A stretch of DNA of 64,000 bases, taken from Octopus sinensis (Eukaryota). The first letter of the stretch is position 1. The number at the start of each line of letters is the position of its first letter. Below, in pieces: positions 50,700-63,974 of the stretch. A model generated the notes under the pieces. It saw only the letters and a program-made list of their open reading frames with translations. It ran no database searches and was not told the origin of the DNA. The stretch is from the NCBI RefSeq assembly GCF_006345805.1, contig NC_042998.1, positions 186,930,001 through 186,994,000 of the forward strand, written 5' to 3'. The position numbers and the translations under genes are program-made.

Positions 50700-51657
50700 A
50701 ATATAATACAAAAGGCAATCTTGATCTTCAACTTAACACAAAGATTGTGTTAGAGTACAGAATACTGCACTATTTACCTTGACAGAATTTCTCATATGGA
50801 TTTGTGGTGTATAAAAGCACTCATAATTATATTGTTGGCAGATAAGAACCGTCTGCTATGGCCACCAGAACTGACAGATCACTTGATTTTGTCCCACTCT
50901 GGACTCTTCAGCGACATAGCAACCACATCTTCTGTCAATGATTTTTTAGAATATCAGTGTCTATTCCGGCATTGGTGTTGCAAATAGCCAGCAAACTTAT
51001 TTACAAATAACAGCAACAGAAGCAGTATAAATATGAAAAAGCAATACTGATCACCATCTTAATGCCGAGGTTGTGTTAGATCACAGAATACTGTGCAATA
51101 TACCTTGATAGGATTTCTTATATGGACTCATGAGTACATAAAAGCACTCAAAATGATATCATTGACAAATGAGAAATATCTGCTACAGCTACGGGTACTT
51201 CCAGATCATGTGACTATATCCTGCTACGGACTTCTCAGCAACAGATATCTAACAGCGAAATAACAACGGAATCTCCTGTCAACGATATATAGAATATCAG
51301 TATCTACTCAGGCACTAGTGCCACAAATAGTCAGTGAGCTTACTAAAAAACAATCAATAATAAAAGAAGCAGTATTAATATCAAAAGGTAATCTTGATCT
51401 CCAACTTAATGTGGAGGTTGTGTTAAGACACAGAATACTGCACTATTTAACTTTAGAGGATCTCTCATATAGACTCATGGTGCATAAATGCATTTTGTAA
51501 TTATGACATTGACAGATGATATAATTGCAAGAGCTTTTACACACCATAATTCCATGAGAGATCCTCTAAAGGTAAATAGTGCAGTATTCTGTGTTTTAAC
51601 ACAACCTCCACATTAAGCTGAAGATCAAGATTGACTTTTGGTAATAATACTGCTGCT
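50700..51657. repeat. Diverged tandem array (~326 and ~347-bp periods, about 2.4 units) followed by a 104-bp inverted copy
   Basis: Unit landmarks (g)gcaat/gtaat...gatc at 50715, 51041, 51388; inverted arms 51365-51468 and 51554-51657 (95/104 identical by manual alignment). Confidence 0.9.
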
Positions 51658-51795
51658 GTCTGTTGATCCTCATTATTAAATACTAGAAAAAAAAGAATTA
51701 TCAATAAATGATTCTACACAAAAAAAAAAAATGGAAATCTTAGACCTATCAACTATCCAGACATTAACATTAAGACAATTTTCTCAAATCTTCAA

Positions 51796-51832
<37 letters not shown>

Positions 51833-51929
51833 TATAATAAATATTTACATATTTTTATAGAAACAAAGATTTTAAGCTGATTACCACCATTTTACAAAAC
51901 ACATTGAAAGAACACATGATTAAGAGGCA

Positions 51930-52275
51930 TCTTTTACTTGTTTCAATCATAGGAGACTGTGACTATTGCTGGGGTGCAGCCCTGAAGGATTTTAGTAGAA
52001 CAAATCAATTCCAGTACTCATTTTTTTTAAAACTCTGGTACTCAATTGGTCTCTTTTGTTATGGGGACATAAACAAACAAACACCAGTTGTCAAGTGTGC
52101 GCGAGTGGGAGGGAGACACAAACACTGGTGGGCTTTCAGTTTCTGTCTACCAAATCCACCCTGGCTGGCCTGGGACAATAGTAGAAGATATTTACCCAAG
52201 GTACCATGCAGTGGGACTGAGCCTGAAAGCATGTGGCTGGGACGTAAACTTCTTACCACACAGCCACACCTGTAC
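51930..52275 (-). mobile_element. tRNA-derived SINE (head type 1, tail type A)
   Basis: Homologous to 5324-5742. Confidence 0.75.
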
Positions 52276-52714
52276 ATATTTACAGATATTTTCGTAAGTG
52301 ACTAAAATTCATTGCAACTTGAACATCAAAGTCCTATGTTTCGAATTTAGAATTACATCAGATAAGTATTACATTCAGCGATATATTGCATTCACTACTA
52401 TATTCAGCAGAATTCACATTTAAATAATATTTTCTGACATTACTAACAAAATGAAAAAATAAAAAAAGAAAATTAATGTATATTCCATCAACAAAGTAAT
52501 ATGATAATAAATTATTTGACTATTTGTGCATAATCAGAGATATCCAGCAATGAGTGTTTACCTATATTGACTTGAGAATGTATACAGAAATATATGTATT
52601 AAATTCCCAATTGTTATCGCGAAATTTGTCAAATTTTCAGTGGTATGACAAAACTTCTGCAAATAATCCATTAGGCTAATGTGGTAATTAGGAAGCAGGT
52701 AATATCAAAAAGAT

Positions 52715-53078
52715 TGGCATGATTATATTTAGTTAAGAAGCTCACTTTGTAACCATGTGGTTTCTGGTTTAGTCCCACTGTGTGATGCCTTAGGCAAGTG
52801 TCTTATGTCCTGGGTCAACTAATGCTTTGCGAGTGAATTTGGTAGACAGAAACTAAGAGGAAGCCCAGCAAGTGTGTGTGTGTGTATATTAGCGCCCCCT
52901 CCTCACTCAACAATTGGGGTTGGTTAGTTTATGCCCCTGTAACTTAATGGTTTGGCAAAAAGAGACCAAGCAAAATAAGTATCAGAATAAATATGTACTG
53001 GTGTCAATTTGTTCAGCTAAACACTTCAAGACAGTCGCCCAGAATGGCTGCAGTCCAATGACTGAAACAAGTGAAAAA
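52715..53078 (+). mobile_element. tRNA-derived SINE (head type 1, tail type A)
   Basis: ggtttagtcccactgtgtgatgccttaggcaagtgtct core; ggctgcagtccaatgactgaaacaagt tail. Confidence 0.75.
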
Positions 53079-55659
53079 CTAACAGGCATCTTAATTTTCA
53101 GAACTATCTAACCAATAATAAGAGTGGAGAAGAAAGGGGGATGAGGGGGCAAAATTAGCAACCGGGATAAAATGAGTAATTTGTGATTTCTCATTGCCTG
53201 TTTGAAATCATTACAGTGCAAGTATTGTATCATCATCTTTAGGAGTAAAAATTGGCCAGCATAGTTGTTGTTGAAGTCGAGAGAGTTTGGAACATAGGCA
53301 GGTGACAGGTATTTTTTGCATCCAAGAAATTTTTTCTCAACTTTGATTGGATTGTAATTGAGGTTGCTAATAGAATATCAAGATAATTTTTGGAGTTTAA
53401 GATCAATATTCTGCTCTCTGTTGGATTCCAAATCAGTTTTTTCCCACACTAACATCTAATTTGACAATTTTCAATTTATAAAAAAAAAATGTCTAAAATG
53501 GGGTAAAATTAGTAATGACTAATTTCAATAATTTCTTCCCTTTAACTGCATGGTGCATAAATATATATCAGGAAGAGAGCCATCCCAGTAGATCATGAAG
53601 AAGCTATAGAGAATATTTTATGTTGAATTTTTTGATTTAGCCGAGTTTTAATAATTTCATATATGCCATTTTTCCATGATCCGCTTTCATTTGATCTAGA
53701 TATTTAAAATTTTTGTTGATTTTTTGTTCTTTCTGATGTCTAAGGATGGATATTGATGTGTCTGATCTGTTTTCAAATGTAATTCTGGAGAACTGTCTTT
53801 TACATGCTCAAAAAGAAAAAAAATAACAGAGATAATTTTCTGAAATAATGTTCTGAATATGTTAGTGTTTTTAATTCATTTAGAGAAGGTCACTTGCTCA
53901 GCTGATATAGATTTTGTAAGGTAGTGAACATTTGTAAAAAAAAAATTTTTTCACTCCCAAGTCAAAAACGCTGTAAAAACCCCTCATTGTACCTCACCCA
54001 CCTCTATTCGTTTTGGCATATATCACAGTTTTTTTAAAATATTTTTTTCTTAAGTTTAATTAAATACTTTTCTTAATTACTTGAATTAATCATTTTAAAA
54101 CAATCTCAACGAGTAATTAATTATAATTACAAATTCTGACTTTAAAAAAATAGATACTTTTGCATAACACAAAACGTGATGGAGGTAAGCATCAATAAAT
54201 GTGCAAGGGAAGTAACTAATACAACTCATAACATGGCGGTCACAAATTCTTTGTTCTTTATACAGATGTGTAAAATACACAATGAACGTATTTCTTATTA
54301 CTTATATTAGTTGAACCTTGAGATATATAAAATTAGAAACCACACCAATGATATTTACAGGAAAACAATAACTTCTTTATATAATTTTATAATGGGTTTT
54401 TGATATATAATGAAGAGAATTTTTAACAATGCATGTACCGGACTGTACAGCTAGAGATAATTATCAGAATACAAGGGATAAGTAATAAATTGTAGGAAGT
54501 GAAATGCATGTATTTCCATTCACCTATGTTATCCATTATATTACAATGTAAGTGATTGATATACAAGTATTAACTGGTTCTATCTTTGGTTGTTGAAAAA
54601 CTGGTTCGTTAGAGAATGTAACAAAAATTTTTCAAATGGAGACTAAACATATGGTAATGAATATTGAAAATCCAATCAGTAAATATATAGATTATACAGA
54701 ATATGTTATCTGCTATATAGCTGACTTGTCCAACTCTTGTCAACGCAGATGATGATGGTGAAGAGTTAACTCAGAGGATAAAAATTGGATTTGTATAAAG
54801 AAATAATGTACAATAGCATTTTACTGTGTTTTATATTGAATTTATGCTGTGGAGATGATTTTTGGGTTGATGTCTGAATTTCAGTAATATTTATAAAAGA
54901 TGCTTGAAATTAATTGTTTTGTCAATTAATTATCATGATAATTTTTTATGTCCACTTTCACTGATAGCATAGGTATGTTACGTTCTTACAGTCTGAATCA
55001 GTTCTTATTAGGAGTTACTGCTCTCCAAGATAGTTTGGAAACTATGTCTCAACCATACATTCTCCTCTGGCATGGTTTCTATGGATAAATGCTTTTCATA
55101 GCACCACAGAATGTACTGCATGTATTTTATCATGGTACAAGCAACAGAGAAATTATTTTGTCCTTAGAAACGGTCCTTTCAAATCTATGTTGTCTCCATT
55201 CATTCACCAACCACTTTTCAGGATATACTGGATACACATTTCATCATAACACCAGGACTAGAAAACTAAAAAGTTTGATCTACTCCATGCTATCTACTGT
55301 CTTTTAAGGTGAATGAGACGAATAATGGAAAGGAAGAGAACGATAAAAGCAAGAGAACATGGGAAAGAGGGTGACAGAAATAGTATTAGATAGCTGCAAG
55401 TTGGTTGTCGGTATGGAGATTAAATGGCCTATCTGATGGGGGTAGCCAGTGTGATTAGAGAGACACAATGATAGCAGAGGGAGAAGATGTAAGTTTGTTG
55501 AATAAAATTGCAACCATACAGAAACAATGTTTACTTAAAAGAAGCTGTAAGCTATTTATGACAAAATCAAATGTACTCTTCAAACAGGACACTCAAGAAT
55601 TGTTCAAATGCAGCCAACTACAATCTCTATTGCTCTAATAATTTTACTGTATTTTTTAA

Positions 55660-55858
55660 CCCTTTAGTATCCAGATTATTGCTTATTTACTCACATTGTT
55701 TTGAATTAATCATGTATTATCTTGTAGCTTCAAAGATGTGATTGTTTACTTCTAGAACTGACAATGTAAGGTAGGTATGAAAGGCTGAATGTGGCTGGAT
55801 TGAACATAGAACAGGTAGAATATTTGGGCCAGATATGGCTGGTTTGAATGCTAAATGG
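55660..55858. mobile_element. piggyBac-type MITE (subfamily A)
   Basis: TTAA at 55656-55659 and 55859-55862; ccctttagtat / aatgctaaatgg. Confidence 0.8.
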
Positions 55859-57090
55859 TTAAACCACAGTGAAGAATCCTTGTCCATTAGTTTGGATTAG
55901 CTGTCACAACCAAGGTCAAGCTGGAGCATCATTGTATTAAATATTTTTCTTTATGTAGTGCCTACAAGTATTCCTCATTCAACTTACCTTTGATTAAGTT
56001 ACTAAGAATTTACTAATTACATTTTATTGGCATCCACACTAGGATGGCACTTGTTTTCTTACTTTTCTCATTTCTTAAAGACAGCAATCTATAAGGAATA
56101 GGCATTTCCCAGAAGAATCAGTATGAAAGTAATGAATCAAGTAAATAAGCCCTTTCAAATATTTTATTCATGGAAAGGTAGTGAATGGAATACCAGAGAT
56201 CAGATACTAAAAAGTACGTGTTTTGTTATATAAAACTGACATGAACAGAACACCACAGGGAAAAAAGATAGTATAAGCTTATATCTTAGTGAATTTACTA
56301 CAGAAGAAAAACACTTATCTAAGAATAAGCAGTCTTCTCAGGTCACTGATATTCTAAAAAGGACCAAGTTTTATGTGCTTAGTACAAAAGGGTTACTAAA
56401 TGTGTAGAAGAAAAACGTAGTTAAAATTAATATTTTACTGAGAAGCTTAGCCTCTTGATAAATAGTTGCTGAATTCAATCATTTAGAGATTTACTGTCTG
56501 TTTGATAAGTAATTTATAAGGAAAGTGAATACAAGTTGACATGCATGAATGATACTGTTTAATACATGCAGAAATGAAATAATTGCATTATGGATTATAA
56601 TGTAGATGTGTGACAAATGCCAACAGAACATGCATCACTAAAATGCTAGACCAGAAGTAAATCTGGGAGAAAGTGGTAGTGAAGATTTAAGTTTGATTCT
56701 TACACCAACTAAAAGTCAAATAATTAGAAATTTTAAGAGAATGTTTCGATGAAATAATTTGCAAAAAGAAATTAAGATACTGAACAAATGAAGTTCTAGA
56801 AACAATAACTGTTAAATCAGAGAAAGCTAGCTAGTGACAGCTGAAAACTTGAACGAGCTAAAGAGATATATTATGATCTACTGGTGTGGGACGTGTCTTG
56901 GAGAAAAATTCCTTCTAGATTTCCTGTATAAAAATCTACCAGGTTTTTTTTTCCAAGATCCTCACAGTATCTTCCACATTCTAGAGTAAAGGAACACGTT
57001 AAAGATAAATGTACACATTGTTACTCTGATCATCAACACTATGTACTCACTTTATATATTTTTTTTGTGCATGCATGCATATGTGTATAT

Positions 57091-57130
<40 letters not shown>

Positions 57131-57608
57131 CACACTCACACAGGCTATTGTCTGTCTCTTTGGAGATATCTCTAATTCATTTTCAGTGTTCTAAATGTGA
57201 GTAGGCATGTAGGTCCTTTACAATGAGACCCTGCTCTACACCAACCTCTTCCCTCATACCTTAACTACCATCTAACACACAGATGCAGATTCCTCCCTCC
57301 CTGGGTTTCTTGGTTTGTGAGCTATATGGTGACTTCAATAGTGTCAGTAACATGAAAAAAGTATCCAGTGCACACTGTAAAGTGGTTGGCATTTAACAGA
57401 TCCTTGTCAAACCATCCAACTTATACCAACATAGAATATGGAAGTTAAAGAATGATGATGACACTGGATGGTTAAGTTCTAGAAAGTAGGGGTCTGATCA
57501 CAACATACGTTTAGGCTCACAATCAGGTTCAAGAAGTTTTTACCCCCAAGTGTTGTTACATAAATGACATTCTGTATGTCTATAGATATCTGCTTCTAAT
57601 GCAATGTA

Positions 57609-57755
57609 ATCATCATCATCGTTTAACGTCCGTTTTCCATGCTAGCATGGGTTGGACGGTTCGACCGGGGATCTGGGAAGCTAGAAGGCTGCACCAGGCT
57701 CCAGTCTGATCTGGCAGTGTTTCTACAGCTGGATGCCCTTCCTAACGCCAACCAA
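57609..57755 (-). mobile_element. Short young RTE 3'-tail copy
   Basis: Near-identical to 45979-46125 and 26738-26890. Confidence 0.85.
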
Positions 57756-58639
57756 TGACAATGAACTGAATTAAACAAATCTGTCTGCAATTGATTTATA
57801 CGCAACAGATAAGACAGGTCACAGAAAATTGAAAAGGGATGAGAATATACTGTTTTTAAGAACTTCTTTAATGTGAAATGACAAGGAGGATGAAATAATA
57901 AAACTATTATTAGTCAAATGACTGAAAAATACTAACTCTTGAAAGTCATCAGAGCATCCAAATTTCTTGATGAAAAGAAAAGCATTCATAAACTACAGCC
58001 AATATCAAGAAAAATGTATTACACTAATTTGGAAGATTTATGTCCAGAAGAATCCAACAAATACAAAACAGTCACAAAGTTTAAAAAGAAAAAAAGCCCA
58101 AAATAATTCCATGCACTACTCAGTCTAATTTAGGACTACAATCAGATTAATAATCCAGAAAATAAATTATGAAAAAGAGAAAGTTGGTTTTCGAAACTCC
58201 TTTAAAAAATTCATTAAAATTAAATAAATGGAAGAATGATATAAATGCCTTAAGAAATTTCAAGGGAGTTTACCCAGAGTAAAATTATAAAAAAACCTTA
58301 ATAAGTGTATTTCTGAAATCGACTGTACATAGAAAATACAGTTATTGAAGAAAAATTCAATGGATCTATACTCGTACACTTATTCCACAGAATAACTGGC
58401 ACCAAATTCAAATTGTTTTTATGTTGAATTTTATCATTACCAATATTTGAAGTCAAAAAAACCTATACAAGTTACATGAAAACTAATCACAAATGATTAA
58501 TACTACACAAGTGAAATAAAGAAATTCTCTCTTATGTATACACATCCAATATACAACATGCATAAATTCCCATGCGCGTATGTATAATGTATATATGTAT
58601 ATATATATATATACATAAATATATATACACATATAAATA

Positions 58640-58775
58640 TATCATCATCATCATCATCATCACCGTTTAACGTCCGCTTTCCATGCTAGCATGGGTTGGG
58701 CGATTTTGACTGAGGGCTGGCGAACCAGATAGCCACACCAGGCTCCAATCTTGATCTGGCAGAGTTTCTACAGCT
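58640..58775 (-). mobile_element. Short RTE 3'-tail copy between microsatellites
   Basis: (CAT)n ccgtttaacgtccgctttccatgctagcatggg...gtttctacagc, flanked by (TA)n and (CA)n. Confidence 0.8.
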
Positions 58776-58909
58776 ACACACACACATATATACACATATA
58801 TATATATATATATACATACACACACACACATATATATAACACTAAAACCACACAGAGAGTGCATTTTATTGTGGCACAAATGCCATAAAAGTTGCTATAT
58901 CCTCAACAA

Positions 58910-59592
58910 GCCATCACTTGGCCTAGACCTTGTTGCAGTGGCTTGTGAGCCTCAACAATCCTGAGAGATATGGCAGGCAAAGTGCAAGCTCCCGGTAGAG
59001 CCTCCCATGCCGGACTGTTCAAAGGACAGAGACTAGATCAGAGGTTTTCAACCATTTTTTGCTAATGGACTCCTATGATTCCTACTTTACTCTAGTGGAT
59101 CCTCATAGCCATTTGATGTTTAAGAAATCTCATTATATTTCTATAATTGAATATTAAAAGGAATTGCATAAAAAATTGTTAAAATACTTTGTGTACTGTA
59201 GAAGCATACTCAATGTATTGCACATAACCTCTAACAGCAAAATCTTATATGGATCCCAGTTGAGAACAACAGAACTAGATTACTATGGACCACTTTTCTT
59301 CCAAGAGATAAAAGTAGGTTTGCATACAGCCAACACTCCTACCTAGAAAAAACAAAGCAAAGTTACAGAAACATCAATGACAATTCAAAATTTAAGAAGG
59401 GCTGGATGAGAAAGGCCTTCCTTCAATGAAAAAACAACATAAGACACAGTGCTGCAAAATCTGAAAGGAAGATGCCAGGCCAAAAGAGCAGGGATCCAAC
59501 TGCAGAATAGCAGAATGAACAGCTGAGAGTCAAAAACAGTGGAGAAAAGTTGTTGATGGCCTAAACTCCATAGTGAACAAAAGGCTTAAGCA
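58910..59592 (+). mobile_element. Short bipartite RTE derivative (5'UTR-like + ORF C-terminus), interrupted by a hAT MITE
   Basis: 5' part (cctgagagatatggcaggc...gcctcccatgccggactgttcaaagg) resembles RTE 5'UTRs as recalled; 3' part encodes AESQKQWRKVVDGLNS (59522-59569), like the RTE ORF end. Confidence 0.5.
59039..59272. mobile_element. hAT (Buster-type) MITE, 234 bp, older copy
   Basis: TSD GACTAGAT (59031-59038) / AACTAGAT (59273-59280), 7/8 with central TA; ends cagaggttttcaacc / gttgagaacaacag related to the 47710 TIR. Confidence 0.72.
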
Positions 59593-59659
59593 AATTCTTG
59601 ACAAGGCTACAGGAGCCCCCTTGATCCCACATCTCTACTTCCTTGCCAACCACTTTACA

Positions 59660-60110
59660 AAATGTCCAGCTTAGGTGAATTCAGAGTGTATGAGCAATAA
59701 TAGGGATACCTTGTACTTCATTTGATTGGAGAGTCTGCAACACTATAATGTGTTTATTCAGTTGTGTTACATGGCTGAGGAAGTGAATAAAACAGCAATA
59801 ATTTAAGAACAAGGCTGGATGGGTGAGAAAAGCAGTGTAACTGGGATGAGAATAATGGCTAAATGGTAAGAATGAATGTTGGATGTCAATAAAAGGGGCC
59901 AAAAAGGTATAGAGGTAATGGTAGAGTGTAAAGAACACATGCAAATCTGATGTGGTCCCTTATATATGTAAGTACTGAGACTGATGAGAAAGCTAGTCAT
60001 AAGGATGAGAGAAGACAGGGTGAGTGTTGGAAAGATGAGAGTCAGATAATTCTAGGGACATCCCAAGCCCTTCTTGAAGAATGATACAGTGACGAGAAAG
60101 CTCACCTATG
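59660..60110 (-). mobile_element. CR1/L2-like LINE 3' fragment
   Basis: Purine-rich plus strand; reverse complement resembles 16300-16600 and 43650-43980. Confidence 0.4.
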
Positions 60111-60899
60111 TTTCTTAGTTACAACAATGTAGTATAGTGAGAGTGAAAAGACAAGAGCGAAAGGAGAATGAACATATGTATATATATGTATATGATTTAA
60201 GAAAAATGTGGAAGAGAATGAGGAAAGCATGAGAGGAATGAAGCAAATGCTGTGGCCAGCAGAGCCAACAAGGTAGCTGACAGCCTGGCTGGTTCAGGTG
60301 ATATATATATATATATATGAGATAGAGACAGACAGACAGAATCAAAATTAATTTGTGGTAGTTTGCATATTCTGTGAAAACAAGAATAAATTGAAGTGTA
60401 TATTTGTAAAAATTTCTGTACTTCACATGGTGTATAAGTTATATCTTATCAAACTTAATTCAATTGACACCATAAAGTTACTATTAATGGTTTTTAGAAA
60501 TGACATACAGCATGTGTTAAATAGAAAAACCTTAATATACATTTGTAATCTGTAAGCAGAAAGAACAGTGAAGCATTCCTAACACAACTTTTAGCAAAAC
60601 ACTGAATGGAGTAACACCCAACTAGGCAGGAAATGATTGACAATGGATCAGTATGGCAGCTAGGATTATAAAACTAAGTGGCAGTACAGTACAGTAGCTA
60701 GGGTTATAAAAGCTGTGTGTCAGCAGTAATATTAAAGAGCAAGATGAGAAGCAAAATTTTAGATGAATCTAACTAGGAAAGAAAATGAAAAAAAGTTTCC
60801 TAATGATCTGATTTGATGGGTAATTTTTTTTTTCATATCATTTAGGCTGTAATCAGAGAGAAATACACCCAAAACCAAAAGTATACCTGACCTCAGTTA

Positions 60900-61600
60900 C
60901 AGCTAAAGGAACGAGAAATAAATGCTACTATGACATGTTGAATGCTGAGTGAGATAGTAAGGGATCACTTTATGTGGATCCAACAGGGGATACAGTATTG
61001 GTTCTACTTCATCAGTTTATTGAGGATTCAAAGGTATGAAAAGCATCAAGTCTTCTAAAGTAACTGCTGAATAGTTGAAAGTCTCAAGCTATGCTGGATA
61101 TATACTCGTTTCTTTCTTAATTAATCAGGTAATGCTGAAAGATGACTTGTGAACAGAATTAGCTTCGATATGATGACATATGAATTTGTGCTAAATTGCA
61201 GGATTACAGTTGTTGTATTTCAAGTGCAACATCTGCAAATGCTTAGCTAAACAAATACAAATTTTAGTATTTTTTTTAACCAGGAAAGGCCTTTTGATAA
61301 GTTTCCTTGCTCTGTAGTTTGATGACTGCTGAGGTATCCACTGTCATTCTATTTCTAGTTCTTAAAAACCTATAACACAATACTTAAGGGTTGATTGTGC
61401 TTATAAACTCTTATGAGCTGATCAGCTGGTTCTTGTATTAAAATCTGTTGGGTTGCAGTAAAATTACAAACTCGGATGTAAAATCTAGAATCCAAAAGCT
61501 AAAAGGTCACCATTGCTAAGACCAAAGTGCAAATTAATAACAGAAAGTACAAAATCTCAATGACTTTTAGGAAGTTGACATGTTTGAATTGTAGAGAGGA
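60900..61600 (+). mobile_element. Heavily decayed RTE RT fragment
   Basis: MKSIKSSKVTAE*LKVS (MKxGKAPGPSGITAEMLK position) and AFDKFP (AFDRVP position). Confidence 0.4.
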
Positions 61601-62767
61601 AGTATATAGAAATTTGATACTGTGTACTCAATGCAAACAATGGGTATACAAAAGGTGCAGTTGGATCTTTAGCAGGCTGCACAGAACCAGAATTTAAGAT
61701 GTGTCAATACACTGAAGCAGTCAGTAGTAGGAGCACACATAAAAAGAAAATCAGACAAAGGGACCAAATATACTGATTTAACAATGTAATGCAAATATAT
61801 GATGAGTGCTAAATTAACACTGTGTGTGTGTGTGTGTGTGTCATAGCAGTGGAGGGCAACACTGGAGGAAGGAGAAAGTAAACCAGGAAAGATGTAAAAA
61901 GAACTAGTGAGCTCTCTGGACACTGGACCCCACAGAAAAGGTGACAGAAGACCAAGATGACTGATGATATGTTGACTATAGACATTCCAACTCACAGCAA
62001 CCTGGAGAAGCAGATATTAAAGATGAAGTCCTGTTCTGTCTTATATGGGAAATACAATCAATAAATTTAAATACGTTTGATGGATACTTGTTATTTAATA
62101 ATAAGCATAAATTTATAGCTTTGAGTGAGAGCTTAATAAGCTATCAAGTAAAAATTCACAAGAGAGCCATGGATTTTAAAGTTTGAAATACAAGTGGTTT
62201 AATTCCTGATCAAGAAGATCTATGATCAAAGGAGTTTAGCTGCAAATGTACTATTTTTAGAGGCAATGTATCCATTACATACTAAAGTATGTAATGTGTG
62301 ATTTGAAGGAAATTTGGCTACTATTTCTTGTAGATTGCACGACTACATGAAAGTACGTATTATTCCTAAGTGCTTATGTATGTATGTGTATGAAAAGACA
62401 TTAAGCAAAGTAACTTCATAATATACATGTGTATTTAAAACAAATACCTATTGTGTCAGTATTATACATGATAGTAACATTACACTGCTTTTAGTGTAGG
62501 GTATACAAGATATCATCTGACCAGCTTTAATTGCTGCAGTTTCTTTTGAAGCAAAATAATAGGAACTTGGCACCCTCTTGGTCAATATGCTTTCTGAATA
62601 TACCAACTTTGGCTGCACTGAAGTAGCTCGAAAGGAATTTATTACAAACAGAATATTAGAACAAAACTAGTTCTAATATTTCCTATATGTGGTAAATTTC
62701 CCTGGTTTTGAATAGGTTGACTAACTACAAATCTAGATATTTGCATACATTCCTGGAGTATTTTATG

Positions 62768-62960
62768 AATGCAGCTGTGACTCTGTAGTTAAGAGGCTTG
62801 CTTTGAAATCATGTGGTCTGAGTTCAATCGCACAACACAGAACACTGAGTGTCTTCTAAGGCCTCAAGCCAAACAAAACCTTGTGAGAGGATTGGTAGAC
62901 AGAAATATATATGCATATATACATACATACATACAAAGATACATGTCTCTCTCTCTCTCT

Positions 62961-63004
<44 letters not shown>

Positions 63005-63265
63005 AATATGTGTGTGTATTTTTGATAGTGAGGCTTGTTTACAAATATCATATGATGTTTGACATTATGTGATATTTGTAAACAAGTGTCACTACAAAAG
63101 AAGAGAGGTTTATTTTCAATCATCCATGAAAAACATACCTAGTCATGGGGAAAAATTACCTTGTTTGAAAACAGGTGAGAGTTGGTGACAAGAAAGGCAT
63201 CAGGTCATAGAAAATTTGCCTCATCTGATCCATGGAACAGTAGACTTAAAATGACAATGACAATA
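62768..63265 (+). mobile_element. tRNA-derived SINE (head type 1) with RTE-type tail (tail type B) and long internal (CT)n(TA)n
   Basis: Same architecture as 15555-15930; microsatellite at 62945-63002. Confidence 0.7.
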
Positions 63266-63974
63266 TGAGTCAGTGTTTGTGTTTATGTCGTGGTATTTTA
63301 TGTCCTGTGACTTAGCTGTTCAACAAATAATAGAGTTGATTAAAATAAACGCAAGACTGAAATAAATACTGGGGTCAGTATGATTGACTTAACACCTGGT
63401 GTCAATGCTCTTGCATGGCTGCAATCCAATAGCTGAAACCAGTAAATTAATATGTTTTAGGACATAATATCCATTTCTGATTTAACTTAAGACAACAACA
63501 TATCCAGGCTTGCCTTATATTATCATCTTTTTGAAAGAAGTCAGCCTCGGAATTATAAGCCAAATAATAAATTTCAGTTTTATGCCACTGAATAGTTCTG
63601 TCCTTTTACCACAAATATGAAGCAGACATTTTTCAGCCTCTTACTAAAAGCATGGCACAACACCATTTAATAATAGATTTTAAGTGACAAAAACAAAAAG
63701 GGATGTAGATATAAATATTTGACAGACATGCTTTATGTAAATAATTAATTGATCACTAACTACTAGAAATGTTTTGTGTGTTTTTGCAAGATGCACACTC
63801 AACAGCATCAGAAACATCAACTCATCCAACAAAAACTTGTTTACCTTATTGACATTTGAGAAGTATAACGAACACACTTAGGCACTAAAACTGTTTATTT
63901 CTCTTAGAGAACCACACAGTTTAACAGTCATCTTCTATGAATGGTGTGTATGTACTGACATGTTTATATGTATT

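Noticed and set aside
51315-51350. VPQIVSELTK in the tandem unit resembles VPQIVSDLEK of the 40396 microexon candidate
   Set aside because: Similarity is limited to ~30 nt, on opposite strands, with unrelated flanks; treated as chance.
56250-56700. Possible Ginger/integrase-like remnant (MCDKCQQ)
   Set aside because: Only one short CxxC motif, with no collinear support.
60106-60284. Minus-strand open stretch ending at AG|GTGAGC donor
   Set aside because: Spans a (TA) microsatellite and abuts a LINE fragment; the hydrophobic translation reflects pyrimidine bias.
160-63877. Remaining 60-160 aa ORFs in the supplied six-frame track as genes
   Set aside because: They lie within or antisense to repeats, or are low-complexity AT-rich ORFs with no recognisable domain.
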